From positions 35,389,723 to 35,450,642 of the forward strand of contig NC_069003.1 in NCBI RefSeq assembly GCF_001194135.2: a DNA stretch of 60,920 nucleotides, read 5' to 3'. Under the pieces are notes generated by a model, which saw only the letters and a list, made by a program, of their open reading frames with translations, searched no databases and was not told the origin of the DNA. Shown in pieces: positions 29,199-40,750 of the stretch. Source of the DNA: Octopus bimaculoides. Taxonomy: Eukaryota. Numbering within the stretch: the stretch's first letter is position 1; the number at the start of each line of letters is the position of its first letter. The translations under genes were made by a program, and so were the position numbers.

Positions 29199-30110
29199 CT
29201 GCTAGTGGCAATTAGAGATACTTAAAGTATGAAAAAAGCAAAAGAAACAAAACAAGAAGTAGAAAAAGGACATGAAGAAGCATTAGGCAACAGGGGACTG
29301 AAAGATGAGCTCCACGTAGCCAGAGCTGAAGTAGTTGGAGGTCACAGGTGGGTTGGGTGAAGAATGGAACACTGGGGAAAAAAAAGGGGCTGAAAATATT
29401 ATCCTGGCAGTGCAAGACGGTCATAAATTGGAAGGTCAACCTTAGGGATGAGCAAGTGTCGCTATCGTGCCAAATTTGTAATGGATTTGACGAAATCATT
29501 TTCGTGAACAAATGCCCTTGACTTGCTCCGAACCAATATAAGTTGGGGCGACATGATGAGGTAACAAAAGTTCTACATTAGAAGCAGTGTGAAAAATAGG
29601 GATTCGAAAGGAGCAACACATGGTATGAACACAAACCCCAGAGAGCGGTTGAGTCGGAGACTTGCAAAATCTTGTGTGGTTTTCCAATCCAAACGGACTT
29701 GGTGCTTCAGCACAAGATGCCGAACCTAGCAGCGGTGGATAAGGTAAACCACATGTACTTTATAATTGATTTTGCATGTCAATTTGACTCACGAATAGTT
29801 AGGTGGGAATCCTCTTAAAAACGAGATATGCCAAGTGTGGAAGATAAAAATGAACACTGCCGATTATTGTTAGGGCCTGGGGGTCAGTATCAGACAATAC
29901 TGAGAGGATTATAAAGGAAATGGGAATACAGTGACCAGTAGAGTTGTTGCAAAAGATTTGCCTCCTTGGCAGAGCCAGAATCATCAGGCAAGTACTAGAT
30001 AGTTGAACGGAACAAATAGCATGGTACCTTATGCTGCAGCTAACAAGTCTGCAACTCATGCAAAACACCAGGAGTTCCAACAAAACAAGAGTTGAAAGAA
30101 TGTTACGAAT
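29199..30110 (+). mobile_element. R4/Dong-clade non-LTR retrotransposon, 5'-truncated (zinc finger, REL endonuclease, 3'UTR)
   Basis: With frameshifts: LLVAIR...WVKNGTL...ENIILAVQD...CQICNGFDEIIFVNKCP*LAPNQYKLGRHDEVTKVLH*KQCEK*GFERSNTWYEHKPQRAVESETCKILCGFPIQTD...IIDFACQFDSRI...LPIIVRAWGSVS...VELLQKICLLGRARIIRQVLDS*. The degenerate Cys finger, RHD motif and REL core are recognisable. (TAA)n at 29140-29197 directly precedes it, and aataat follows the 3'UTR. Confidence 0.9.
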
Positions 30111-30115
30111 AATCG

Positions 30116-30835
30116 TTGGGTTGGCAACTAAGTTCCCGCCGTTTTTTTTTTAAATTTAATTTTTTTTTAAAGGGTTTAATAAAAAAAATAACAACTAGTT
30201 AATCAATAATGTATTCACCCTTGTTGTTTACAACTTCTTCCCAACGTTCAACAAGATTTTCAATACCTCATTGGTAGAAATCACCCGATTTCGATTCGAA
30301 AAATTGACCCAACCAAGCTCTCAATTCTGCATCAGTATTGAACGAAACTCTGTGCATAGCATTTGAAAGAGATCGAAAGAGGTAGAAATCTGTTGGTGCC
30401 AAATCAGGAGACTACGGTAGGTGTGGCAGCACTTCCCAGGCATGAGTTTGAATGGCTTCCTTGGTCATATTGGCGATATGAGGGCGGGCATTCTCGTGCA
30501 GCAGAAGAACTCCATGCTGCCGATTAGGTCTTTTCTCTTGAATAGCCGTGTTGAGTCGTTCTATCTGTTGAACATAGAGTTCCGCGTTGACCGCTTGGTT
30601 CCGTTCAAGCAATTCGTAATGGATAATCACTTCCCGGTCCCACAATACGCACAACATCGTTTTACGCAGATGAAGATCTTGTTTCATACGCGGTGTCGCT
30701 TTTTTACCGGGGCTAAGCCATTCCTTACGCTGCTTCATACTGATGTACAGGTACCATTTTTCGTTGCCAGTAATGATTCGGTAAAGAAATCGTTGCTTGT
30801 GTCCATGAATTGAACGGTGAATTGAACGTCCAATG
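30116..30835 (-). mobile_element. mariner (DD34D) transposon remnant, 5'-truncated, with one TIR
   Basis: One minus frame: FLYRIITGNEKWYLYISMKQRKEWLSPGK...LLHENARPH...VLPHLP*SPDLAPTDFYLFRSLSNAM...FYQ*GIENLVERWEEVVNNKGEYIID* (stop at 30199-30201). The first two catalytic Asp are replaced (N, E) and there are two in-frame stops. Terminal ttgggttggcaactaagtt from 30116 resembles mellifera-subfamily TIRs as I recall them. Confidence 0.95.
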
Positions 30836-30867
30836 TCCCATGATGTAATTAGACGACATGGTGTGAG

Positions 30868-31151
30868 TTTTCGGGGGAGAGGACTAGTCGATTACATCAA
30901 CCCCAATGTTAATGTAATCAAGAGAACGTAACGACTGATGAATTGTCGCTAAAGGCACAAGGCCAGGAATTAGGGAAGAGGGGCCTAGTCGATTACATCG
31001 ACCACAGTGTTTCACTGGTACTTAATCTATCGACCCTGAAAGAATTGAAGCAAAGTCGACCTCAGCGGAATTTGAACTCAAAATGTAAAGACGGACGAAA
31101 TGCTTCTAAACATTTAACCTGGCGTGCTAACCATTCTGCTAGCTCACCACC

Positions 31152-31231
<80 letters not shown>

Positions 31232-31314
31232 CCTTTCTACTGGAAGCACAAGGCCTTTAAATTTAGGGGAAGAGATTAAGTCGATTACATCGACTTCAGT
31301 GCGTAACTGGTACT
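30868..31314 (-). mobile_element. Head-to-tail chain of SINE family A copies (fragment 30868-30910, full copy 30950-31153, 3' end 31229-31314 running into a gap)
   Basis: Three occurrences of (ct/ta)agtcgattacatc, with the full and the right-hand copies joined by (AAT)n at 31154-31230. Confidence 0.88.
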
Positions 31315-31756
31315 NNNNNNNNNNNNNNNNNNNNNNNNNNNNNNNNNNNNNNNNNNNNNNNNNNNNNNNNNNNNNNNNNNNNNNNNNNNNNNNNNNNNNN
31401 NNNNNNNNNNNNNNNNNNNNNNNNNNNNNNNNNNNNNNNNNNNNNNNNNNNNNNNNNNNNNNNNNNNNNNNNNNNNNNNNNNNNNNNNNNNNNNNNNNNN
31501 NNNNNNNNNNNNNNNNNNNNNNNNNNNNNNNNNNNNNNNNNNNNNNNNNNNNNNNNNNNNNNNNNNNNNNNNNNNNNNNNNNNNNNNNNNNNNNNNNNNN
31601 NNNNNNNNNNNNNNNNNNNNNNNNNNNNNNNNNNNNNNNNNNNNNNNNNNNNNNNNNNNNNNNNNNNNNNNNNNNNNNNNNNNNNNNNNNNNNNNNNNNN
31701 NNNNNNNNNNNNNNNNNNNNNNNNNNNNNNNNNNNNNNNNNNNNNNNNNNNNNNNN

Positions 31757-31912
<156 letters not shown>

Positions 31913-32437
31913 AATACACATATAATGATGGATGGATGGATGATGTGTATCCGCGAGTGTGTGGATATATATGCTTCTTTGCCTGAATGTATACATTTTT
32001 TGAACGCATCATTTTGATAAACGTGTAAAAGGTGTTTCGAAAAAATAAGAAATACAACAGAGAAATACAGTATAATTTGATATCTAAACGTAAAACACAA
32101 CGAGGTACATTATTAAGCGATTATATCGATAACAATATAGGGAGTAGTGTTTTAAAATGATAAAGATATTTATATTTAGGGAAATGAAACGGGGTTTCGC
32201 TTCTATAGTCAGTTTTCATTTGATGGGTTATCTCCCTTACATCATAAATCATGATCGCCGCAAACGGTTGCAGTTTTGGTGGCTTTGTTGACATTTCACG
32301 TCACGTCACGCTTATACTGTTGAGAAAACAACATACACGCCACACATTCTCATTCGACACTTTTGCAAATTGTTTCCGTTTGTCAAGAATATTAATGTAG
32401 TATTAAACGGTGTGCGATAGTTTAAATAGAAAGAAAG

Positions 32438-33208
32438 NNNNNNNNNNNNNNNNNNNNNNNNNNNNNNNNNNNNNNNNNNNNNNNNNNNNNNNNNNNNNNN
32501 NNNNNNNNNNNNNNNNNNNNNNNNNNNNNNNNNNNNNNNNNNNNNNNNNNNNNNNNNNNNNNNNNNNNNNNNNNNNNNNNNNNNNNNNNNNNNNNNNNNN
32601 NNNNNNNNNNNNNNNNNNNNNNNNNNNNNNNNNNNNNNNNNNNNNNNNNNNNNNNNNNNNNNNNNNNNNNNNNNNNNNNNNNNNNNNNNNNNNNNNNNNN
32701 NNNNNNNNNNNNNNNNNNNNNNNNNNNNNNNNNNNNNNNNNNNNNNNNNNNNNNNNNNNNNNNNNNNNNNNNNNNNNNNNNNNNNNNNNNNNNNNNNNNN
32801 NNNNNNNNNNNNNNNNNNNNNNNNNNNNNNNNNNNNNNNNNNNNNNNNNNNNNNNNNNNNNNNNNNNNNNNNNNNNNNNNNNNNNNNNNNNNNNNNNNNN
32901 NNNNNNNNNNNNNNNNNNNNNNNNNNNNNNNNNNNNNNNNNNNNNNNNNNNNNNNNNNNNNNNNNNNNNNNNNNNNNNNNNNNNNNNNNNNNNNNNNNNN
33001 NNNNNNNNNNNNNNNNNNNNNNNNNNNNNNNNNNNNNNNNNNNNNNNNNNNNNNNNNNNNNNNNNNNNNNNNNNNNNNNNNNNNNNNNNNNNNNNNNNNN
33101 NNNNNNNNNNNNNNNNNNNNNNNNNNNNNNNNNNNNNNNNNNNNNNNNNNNNNNNNNNNNNNNNNNNNNNNNNNNNNNNNNNNNNNNNNNNNNNNNNNNN
33201 NNNNNNNN
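32438..33208. other. Largest assembly gap; others include 7799-8375, 25656-26261, 31315-31757, 18989-19344
   Basis: Runs of N, most abutting simple repeats, as expected for collapsed microsatellites in a short-read scaffold. Confidence 0.98.
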
Positions 33209-33241
<33 letters not shown>

Positions 33242-33244
33242 TGA

Positions 33245-33282
<38 letters not shown>

Positions 33283-33871
33283 TAGTTTTTTTGTTATGCT
33301 TGTGTCATTCCTGGACACCGACCTGAAAGATTTACTCGAATACGCAATGTTAAGGTACAAACACAAATATAAAGATACACACGCACACACACACACAGAC
33401 GCACACACACACACAGACCCACGCGTGCGCACACCCACAGACGCACTCACACACTCGCACACACGCACTCACACACACATCCATACTTACACATACATAC
33501 ATACATACATGCATATCTACATACATACATACATGCTAAGAGGCTCCCATACGAGCTAAGAGTATGGTAAAGCTCGTAGATATAAAACATAAGATAAAGC
33601 TCGTAGGGCAAACTATCCAGTCGCAGTAGCTTCCACCTCGTGCAGTCAGCCACCACTTCCTGTATTTCATCAGCTATAATCGACTTTATTGCATCTGTAG
33701 TTGAGAGGTGCGGCAGATCATCGAGGTAGGCAGTAAATCTCATACCCGTGTCTCCAGTTACCTGTTGAGCGAAATGCTGCTGAAAAGCACAACCGCCTGG
33801 AATCGATCCTGGATCGCGCCCTTCACGATCTGTCACAAATCGAATAGTGGCTTTGTTTTACTCAATATCGA

Positions 33872-33916
<45 letters not shown>

Positions 33917-34397
33917 CAATTAGCTTCAAGTTCAGCCCTACAATAAGCTTTCTCATTTATGTCAATCACTCGATCTAAAAATTGCCTTAATGAATGAATT
34001 TGATAGAACTGAAACTGTGCGGAAGCCCGCTGTATGCGCGCACGCGTGTGTGTCCCACAGCTTTGAAAATCGTTAAAAGGAGAAAATGTGGTAAAACGAG
34101 AACGTTACAATCAATATTAAACTTTGCAAAATGAACATTGAGGTCGATTTGATCGACTGAGCCTTTCCAAGCGCTACTTCAGCACACTCTTGTGAGCTAG
34201 ATCATATATATATATACATATATACAAATATAATTAAGGGATCCTCCTGTATTTTCTTTGTCCCAAAGCCAGGAACTTTTCAACAAACCTCCGTATGTAA
34301 TTATGTGTTTATAAAAAGATTTTGAAATATAGGGATACATATATTACACGTTTCCATATATACAGCGACCAGCCATACATATCTACTAAGACATGAA

Positions 34398-34461
<64 letters not shown>

Positions 34462-34792
34462 NNNNNNNNNNNNNNNNNNNNNNNNNNNNNNNNNNNNNNN
34501 NNNNNNNNNNNNNNNNNNNNNNNNNNNNNNNNNNNNNNNNNNNNNNNNNNNNNNNNNNNNNNNNNNNNNNNNNNNNNNNNNNNNNNNNNNNNNNNNNNNN
34601 NNNNNNNNNNNNNNNNNNNNNNNNNNNNNNNNNNNNNNNNNNNNNNNNNNNNNNNNNNNNNNNNNNNNNNNNNNNNNNNNNNNNNNNNNNNNNNNNNNNN
34701 NNNNNNNNNNNNNNNNNNNNNNNNNNNNNNNNNNNNNNNNNNNNNNNNNNNNNNNNNNNNNNNNNNNNNNNNNNNNNNNNNNNNGACATGAA

Positions 34793-34840
<48 letters not shown>

Positions 34841-35485
34841 TGTGTGTTTGTGTGCATGAATGAATATGCGTATGGTGTGCGTGTATTTTATGTATGCATA
34901 TTGTAGATGCACGTAGAAAAGCGTTTGCATGTATGCTGCTTTGAGTGTTTGTATGTGTATGTGTAAAGGTATGTATGTGACACTCTATCTATCTATTTAT
35001 CTATCTATATGTGTGTGTCTGAAAATTTATGCGCGTGTGTGTATATGTTTGAGTGTGCACATGTTTTGTGACGTGTGCGTTTGTGTTTGCTTATCCGATT
35101 GTGTGAGCGATTGTCGTAGCAGTGATTTGTGTTAAGGTTTACTCTTTCTCTCCGCTACAGTTTCAAAGCTTTCCTGGACTGGTGGGAAAGCGAGATGACC
35201 CTTGACCATATATGATTGACAGAGGGAGCTGTTTACACTTGTTGCCACTGCTCATTGCTTTTCTTTCTCCGCTTTGACTACTCTGTCTTGTCCTTCTTCC
35301 CCCCACCTCGCCCCCACCCTTTCCCATCCTCTCATCTCCATACTTTTGATGTCCTTATTTTAAGGCGGACAAATAATAGAAATATGTACACTGAGGGGTG
35401 GACGAGTGTGAACGTTCACCAAATGGCTTTCTTGCTTAGTTATCTGTGCTCGACTGACGACTCTATATCATATTTAATGACCGTA

Positions 35486-35543
<58 letters not shown>

Positions 35544-37463
35544 GAAGGCATCATACACTATACAATATCGTGATGTTGTTGATTAAAGATATTGTATCTA
35601 CCGAGGGTTTGCACTGTCTGTCAAGTCACAAGAACTTCAGACAGACAGTACTTTACGCAATATGTGTGCAGTTTAATTAGTTTTGCAGGAAAGGTTGTGT
35701 ATATTCCAAAGAAACATGTAGCTTCAATTTGTTAATTACAGCGGAATATTTATTCATTAAACAGTGGAATAAGGTGGAAATGGTGGTGGTCGGCGTTGAC
35801 AAAAATATTATCCATTGAAGAATTCTTACAAGGATTTGGTTACTGACTTGCTGTGACAAGTGATAAAAGGAAAGTATATAAGTTCTGAAGAAAACACTAG
35901 TCGCGCGTATCGAAGTTAGCTTCTTTGGCAAAAGAATTCGACTTTGCAATCAAACAAGCGATGGCATCCAAACATTTTTTAGACAACATCAAAGGAAACA
36001 GGTGTAAGGAAAACCAACGTAACACTCAGATGTTCTATTACTGCCAGCCGTGACAACGCGTCTCGGATGACCTGACAGAATTGGTGACAGCTAAAATCTG
36101 GGTCGTTTCCGGTTTCTTTACTGTCATTGGTATATCCGTATTCATGGGTGGGGCTGTTCCGCTTATCTGAAGTTAGGGAACATAGGATGATACAATGGGA
36201 CCGCTTTGGGTGGCGACAGCGGCAACACAGTGGAAGTGAGTATTAGTTTGGAAGCTGGCAGTTTGTGGTTCAGTTGATCCCTGCTGGAACAGCAGCATGT
36301 GATAAACTATTGCGCTGCCGAGAAGGTGGATGGCTTATCTCTTGCGCTCATTCGTCACTGATATTAAGGAACTCACTTACCGGGGAGTCGCTTCCGATTT
36401 GAGAACTGGCTGTGACATGGTTTCGCATGCAGCTGTTTCGACCTCGCCACTATGTTGCTGACAAGACACGACGACACACCGATCCCTGCACTAGTCTTCT
36501 ACACAACAATTAACATAAATTCACACACACACACACACAATAGTAACACACATGCATGCATATGTACAAAGGCAAAATGAGCGGACAATAAATCCGTTCA
36601 AAAGTATGCGTACGATATGGAATAGGATGGAGCACTGGAAAGAAAGAATCAAATGTGTGTGTGTGTGTGTGTGTATAGATAGACAGATAGATACATAGAT
36701 AATCAGAGTTGGATGGAGATAGAAGCAGGCAAATAAAAGTACACACCACGTACACGTACATACACTGCATACACGCAGACAAACCACACGCACACACACA
36801 CACAAACACACATTTGTATATAGGTATGTATATTTATATATATGTGCATCTAAAGAAACACTCAGACGCATACATATATGCGTAAAATAACATCTTACCC
36901 ATACACATACACAAACATACACTCACATACACACACAGACACACAAACAAACGAACACACACACAAACGAACACGAACAAACACACAAATGCAGAGAGAC
37001 CCCACAGTTGTGTCTCAGTGTATATATAATGTATATAGTTCTCTATGTACTGTAAGTAGTTGTCATAAGGTGGGGGTTAATAACGTCAATTAAACGGATA
37101 TAGAATAGAGTTAGCTTCAATGGCTGTCCACTTACTAATGAGAAAACAGGTAGAAAACAAAAGAAAAAAATAAAAGCAAACAAATAAAAGGACAAAACAA
37201 AAAGGCACTAATTTTATGTGAAACGAAGACGATATGTTTGAAACTATTACCATCTCGTTATGGCATTCTGTTTACCATTTTCTTAATTGCTCGTTGTATA
37301 ATGCTATAACAATTATACTCACGCATACTGTGATATCTAAATCGAACCCCAAAACGATTTAAACAACATTATATATATACAGACATATATACATATACAT
37401 ATGTATATATATATTGTATAGATATAGATAGATACACATGTATATATAATATATACATACATA

Positions 37464-37507
<44 letters not shown>

Positions 37508-38065
37508 TATATATATGTATATATACACATGTATATATGTGTATATGCACATACATATAACAAATTTAAATAAGAGCCTTTCTCTTGTACCTGTTACTGT
37601 TCTTGCTAGTATTATGGTCGTTGTGGCGGCGGTGGTGGTGGTAGTGGTGTGCTACTGGTAGGAATGGTAGAGTTGGTTGTATGATGGCTTATGGAACCTA
37701 CTTCCACGCACCTTCCACACCACTCTCCTTCTTATTCCACTTAATAAAGATGTAAGTACTACGGAGTTAAACTAAAAATAACAAAAAGCCACAAAGAACC
37801 ACATGACCAGACATCTGATACAATCCCGCCACCGCCAACATCAATGCAACTTTTATGACAGTCTATGTAATACAATATATTTATTTGCATTCGACCTGTG
37901 TCTTGTATTATGTAGTGTACAAAGGCTCACCTGCCATATGTTAATGTTTGCCTTTTCCTCAGCTCACCTTCAGCTTTTGTGGATAATACGTTTTGGCTGA
38001 AACTACCCTACCCCCCGATCACTTGGACAAATTTTATATTCCTTTAATGAAGTCGCTATACATAC

Positions 38066-38107
<42 letters not shown>

Positions 38108-38249
38108 TGTATATATGTATGTATATGTATACATATATACATTCGTACATACATATATAAAATATACGTACATGCGTATAACAATACACACTCACACGGT
38201 GTGTATATATATCTCTCTATATATATTTACACACACACACACACACACA

Positions 38250-38299
<50 letters not shown>

Positions 38300-38544
38300 G
38301 TGTCTATATATATATACATAAAAAATCTTGCAAAACAAATATATATATATATATATACGTATGCATGTATACCCGATCAACATACATGTTCATACATATA
38401 TATTTTTACAATGTTTACGTTATTTACCAATCAAAACAAAACTAGGATAACGAGAGGAAGGAAAAGCGACGTGTTCAAAGATAAGGAACAGTTTTGTAAA
38501 TATTGTCACATTCGCATTTCGGACAAACTTTGATGATGATAATA

Positions 38545-39070
38545 AACTTTTCTCCTGTGAGTACATGGTCTGAAATTTTTGGGGTAGTGGAGCTAGTCGA
38601 TTACATTGACTCCAGTGCGTAACTATTATTTATTTTATCGACCTCATAAAGGATGAAAGGCAAAGTCGACCTGCGCAGAATTTGAACTCAGAACGTCAAG
38701 ACAAGCGAAACGCTGCTAAGCATGTTGTCCGACATGCTAACGATGGTATCTGTTTCCACCTTTAAAAATAATAATGACTTCAAAGTTTAGCATAAGGTTA
38801 TCAGTTTTAAGGGCGAGGTTAGTTGATACCAGTAGTCAACAGCTACCTGTTATATCTGCTCTGATTAGATGAAAGATAAAGTCGACCTCGGCGGAATTTG
38901 AACTCAGAACGTAAGAAATGCAGCAAAGAATTTTGACCGACGTTCTGCCGATTGTCCCCGCTCGTCAGCTTAAAAACAAAAAGCACCATTCTGATTTAGT
39001 TACAAGTAGAGCACATTTTGAAGTGGGGGGCGGGAGGCGTTAATCGGTTGAATCGACTTTAATACTTTTA
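38545..39070 (-). mobile_element. Head-to-tail chain of three SINE family A copies (about 38545-38763, 38775-38971, 38985-39070 partial)
   Basis: Two copies of aaagtcgacct..gaatttgaactcagaacgt plus a third 3' end, with a short aataataat linker. Confidence 0.82.
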
Positions 39071-39247
39071 TAATTGTTAGTGGCAAGACCGGAAATTGGA
39101 GGGAGGGAGGGGCGCCTGAGATGGCGTAGTGAATGCCTGGAGTTATACAGGAGCGAGAGATTAAGAGAATCACGTCTTCAACGTGATATCTCGTGCTCTA
39201 ACACACTGCTGGACATTTTGTTGTGTGATTGTGTTCTTCGGGTGGTA

Positions 39248-39642
39248 GGCGTGGGTGGGTGTAGTAAGAAGCTTGCTTCCCAACCACATGGTTCCCGTTT
39301 CAGTCCCACTGCGTGGAACCTTGAGCAAGTGTCTTCTTCTATAACCTCGGGCCGACCAAAACCTTGTGAACGGTTTTGCTAGACGGAAACTGAACGAAAC
39401 CCGTCGTATGTGTGTGTGTGTGTGTGTGTGTGTGTTTGTGTCAGTGTTTGCCCTCCCCCATCACCGTTTGATAACTGGTGTTGGTGTGTACTTGTCCGAA
39501 CTTAGTGGTTCGGCAAAAGAGACCGTTAGAATATGTATCAGGTTTAAGAAATAAACCCTGGGGTCGATTTGTTCAATTAAAAAAAAACTCTTCAAGGCAG
39601 TGGTCCAGTATGGCTGCAGCCAAATGAATGAAACAAATAAAA
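39248..39642 (+). mobile_element. tRNA-headed SINE family B with internal microsatellite
   Basis: Colinear with 56381-56768 along its length: gcttgct..ccaaccac.tggttcc..ttcagtcc, cctcgggccga, cccgtcgtat-(GT)n, ggcaaaagagaccg, ctggggtcgatttg, ccag.atggc, gaaacaa. Confidence 0.85.
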
Positions 39643-39649
39643 TATATAT

Positions 39650-39696
<47 letters not shown>

Positions 39697-39706
39697 NNNN
39701 NNNNNN

Positions 39707-39756
<50 letters not shown>

Positions 39757-40030
39757 ATGTATGTATGTATGTATGTGTGTATGTATGTATAAAGGTGACT
39801 TTAAATGTTTTGTCATATTAGGAGTCTGTTAAGTCTAACGTATGTAAATTTGTTGCAACTAACTAATATTATCAATTGATAGCTTCAAACCAGCCGAGGA
39901 AACAGTGACATGAGTAGTGAATTAGTTACCACCTCCATATATTTGAGTACAGTCACAAAATACGTAAATGTAGATCTGTGACGACGGCTACCACAAACAT
40001 ATACACACGCCCCTTCTTCAAGCACACACG

Positions 40031-40068
<38 letters not shown>

Positions 40069-40109
40069 NNNNNNNNNNGTGTGTGTGTGTGTGTGTGTAT
40101 GTGTGCATG

Positions 40110-40250
40110 TGTGTATATATATGTTGGTCTTTTTTAGGTACCATCTATCAAATCTACTCACAAGGCATTGGTTGGCCAGGGGCTATAGTAGAAGAATGCC
40201 TTGTAGTGAAACTGAACCCAAGACCACATGGTTGCAATTCTTTCTCGTGG
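40110..40250 (-). mobile_element. SINE family B, 5' half, antisense, about 50 nt upstream of the DRC3 acceptor
   Basis: Reverse complement caaccatgtggtcttgggttcagtttcac..ttcttctactatagcccctggccaaccaatgccttgtgagtagatttgatagatgg matches the family B 5' half. Confidence 0.75.
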
Positions 40251-40297
40251 ATTATATATGAATGCTAATAAATCTTAATTGTCTAACTTTTTTTCAG

Positions 40298-40444
40298 ATT
40301 TTGTATCTACGAAAATTCAGAAAGCTGAAAATGATTAACTTAGCTGGTAATCCCTTCTGTGAATTGGATGACTATAAAACGACAGTTGTTGTTTATCTCA
40401 ACTGGGTGGAGTATGTCGATTATGGCTTAGTCAAGGAAGAATTT
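40298..40444 (+). CDS. DRC3: Internal coding exon of dynein regulatory complex subunit 3 (LRRC48), last LRR plus LRR-cap
   Basis: Translates ILYLRKFRKLKMINLAGNPFCELDDYKTTVVVYLNWVEYVDYGLVKEEF (49 aa). It aligns without gaps to the human DRC3 segment as I recall it, IIYLRRFKCLRTLSLSRNPISEAEDYKMFICAYLPDLMYLDYRRIDDHT (49 aa). Acceptor ctttttttcag ends at 40297, candidate branch point ctaat at 40265-40269, donor gtaagt at 40445-40450. Phase 0 at both ends. Confidence 0.88.
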
Positions 40445-40475
40445 GTAAGTATTCTTTCTTATGTCTTAACACTGC

Positions 40476-40704
40476 TACCACCACCACCACCACCACCACC
40501 ACCACCATCAGTCATTACCACAGCCAGAATCAACAATAATATATTCCTAGTCTCTCTCTCCTCCACATGCATTATTAAACCTACTATTAACAACACTAGT
40601 ATTAACACATCACATGGATATCACCATCATCAGCATTTCCACCTCTACTACTACTACTACTACTACTACCACTACCACCACCACTACTACCACTNNNNNN
40701 NNNN

Positions 40705-40747
<43 letters not shown>

Positions 40748-40750
40748 ATA
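40476..40750. repeat. (CCA)n and (CTA)n trinucleotide tracts at the start of the intron after the DRC3 exon
   Basis: Directly visible; explains the poly-P/poly-Y read-through part of ORF 40262-40891. Confidence 0.9.

Noticed and set aside
30935-30990. Hammerhead ribozyme cores (ctgatga at about 30935, 52915, 55044, 58025 and minus-strand 33665)
   Set aside because: None that I inspected has a paired stem II closing onto GAAA.
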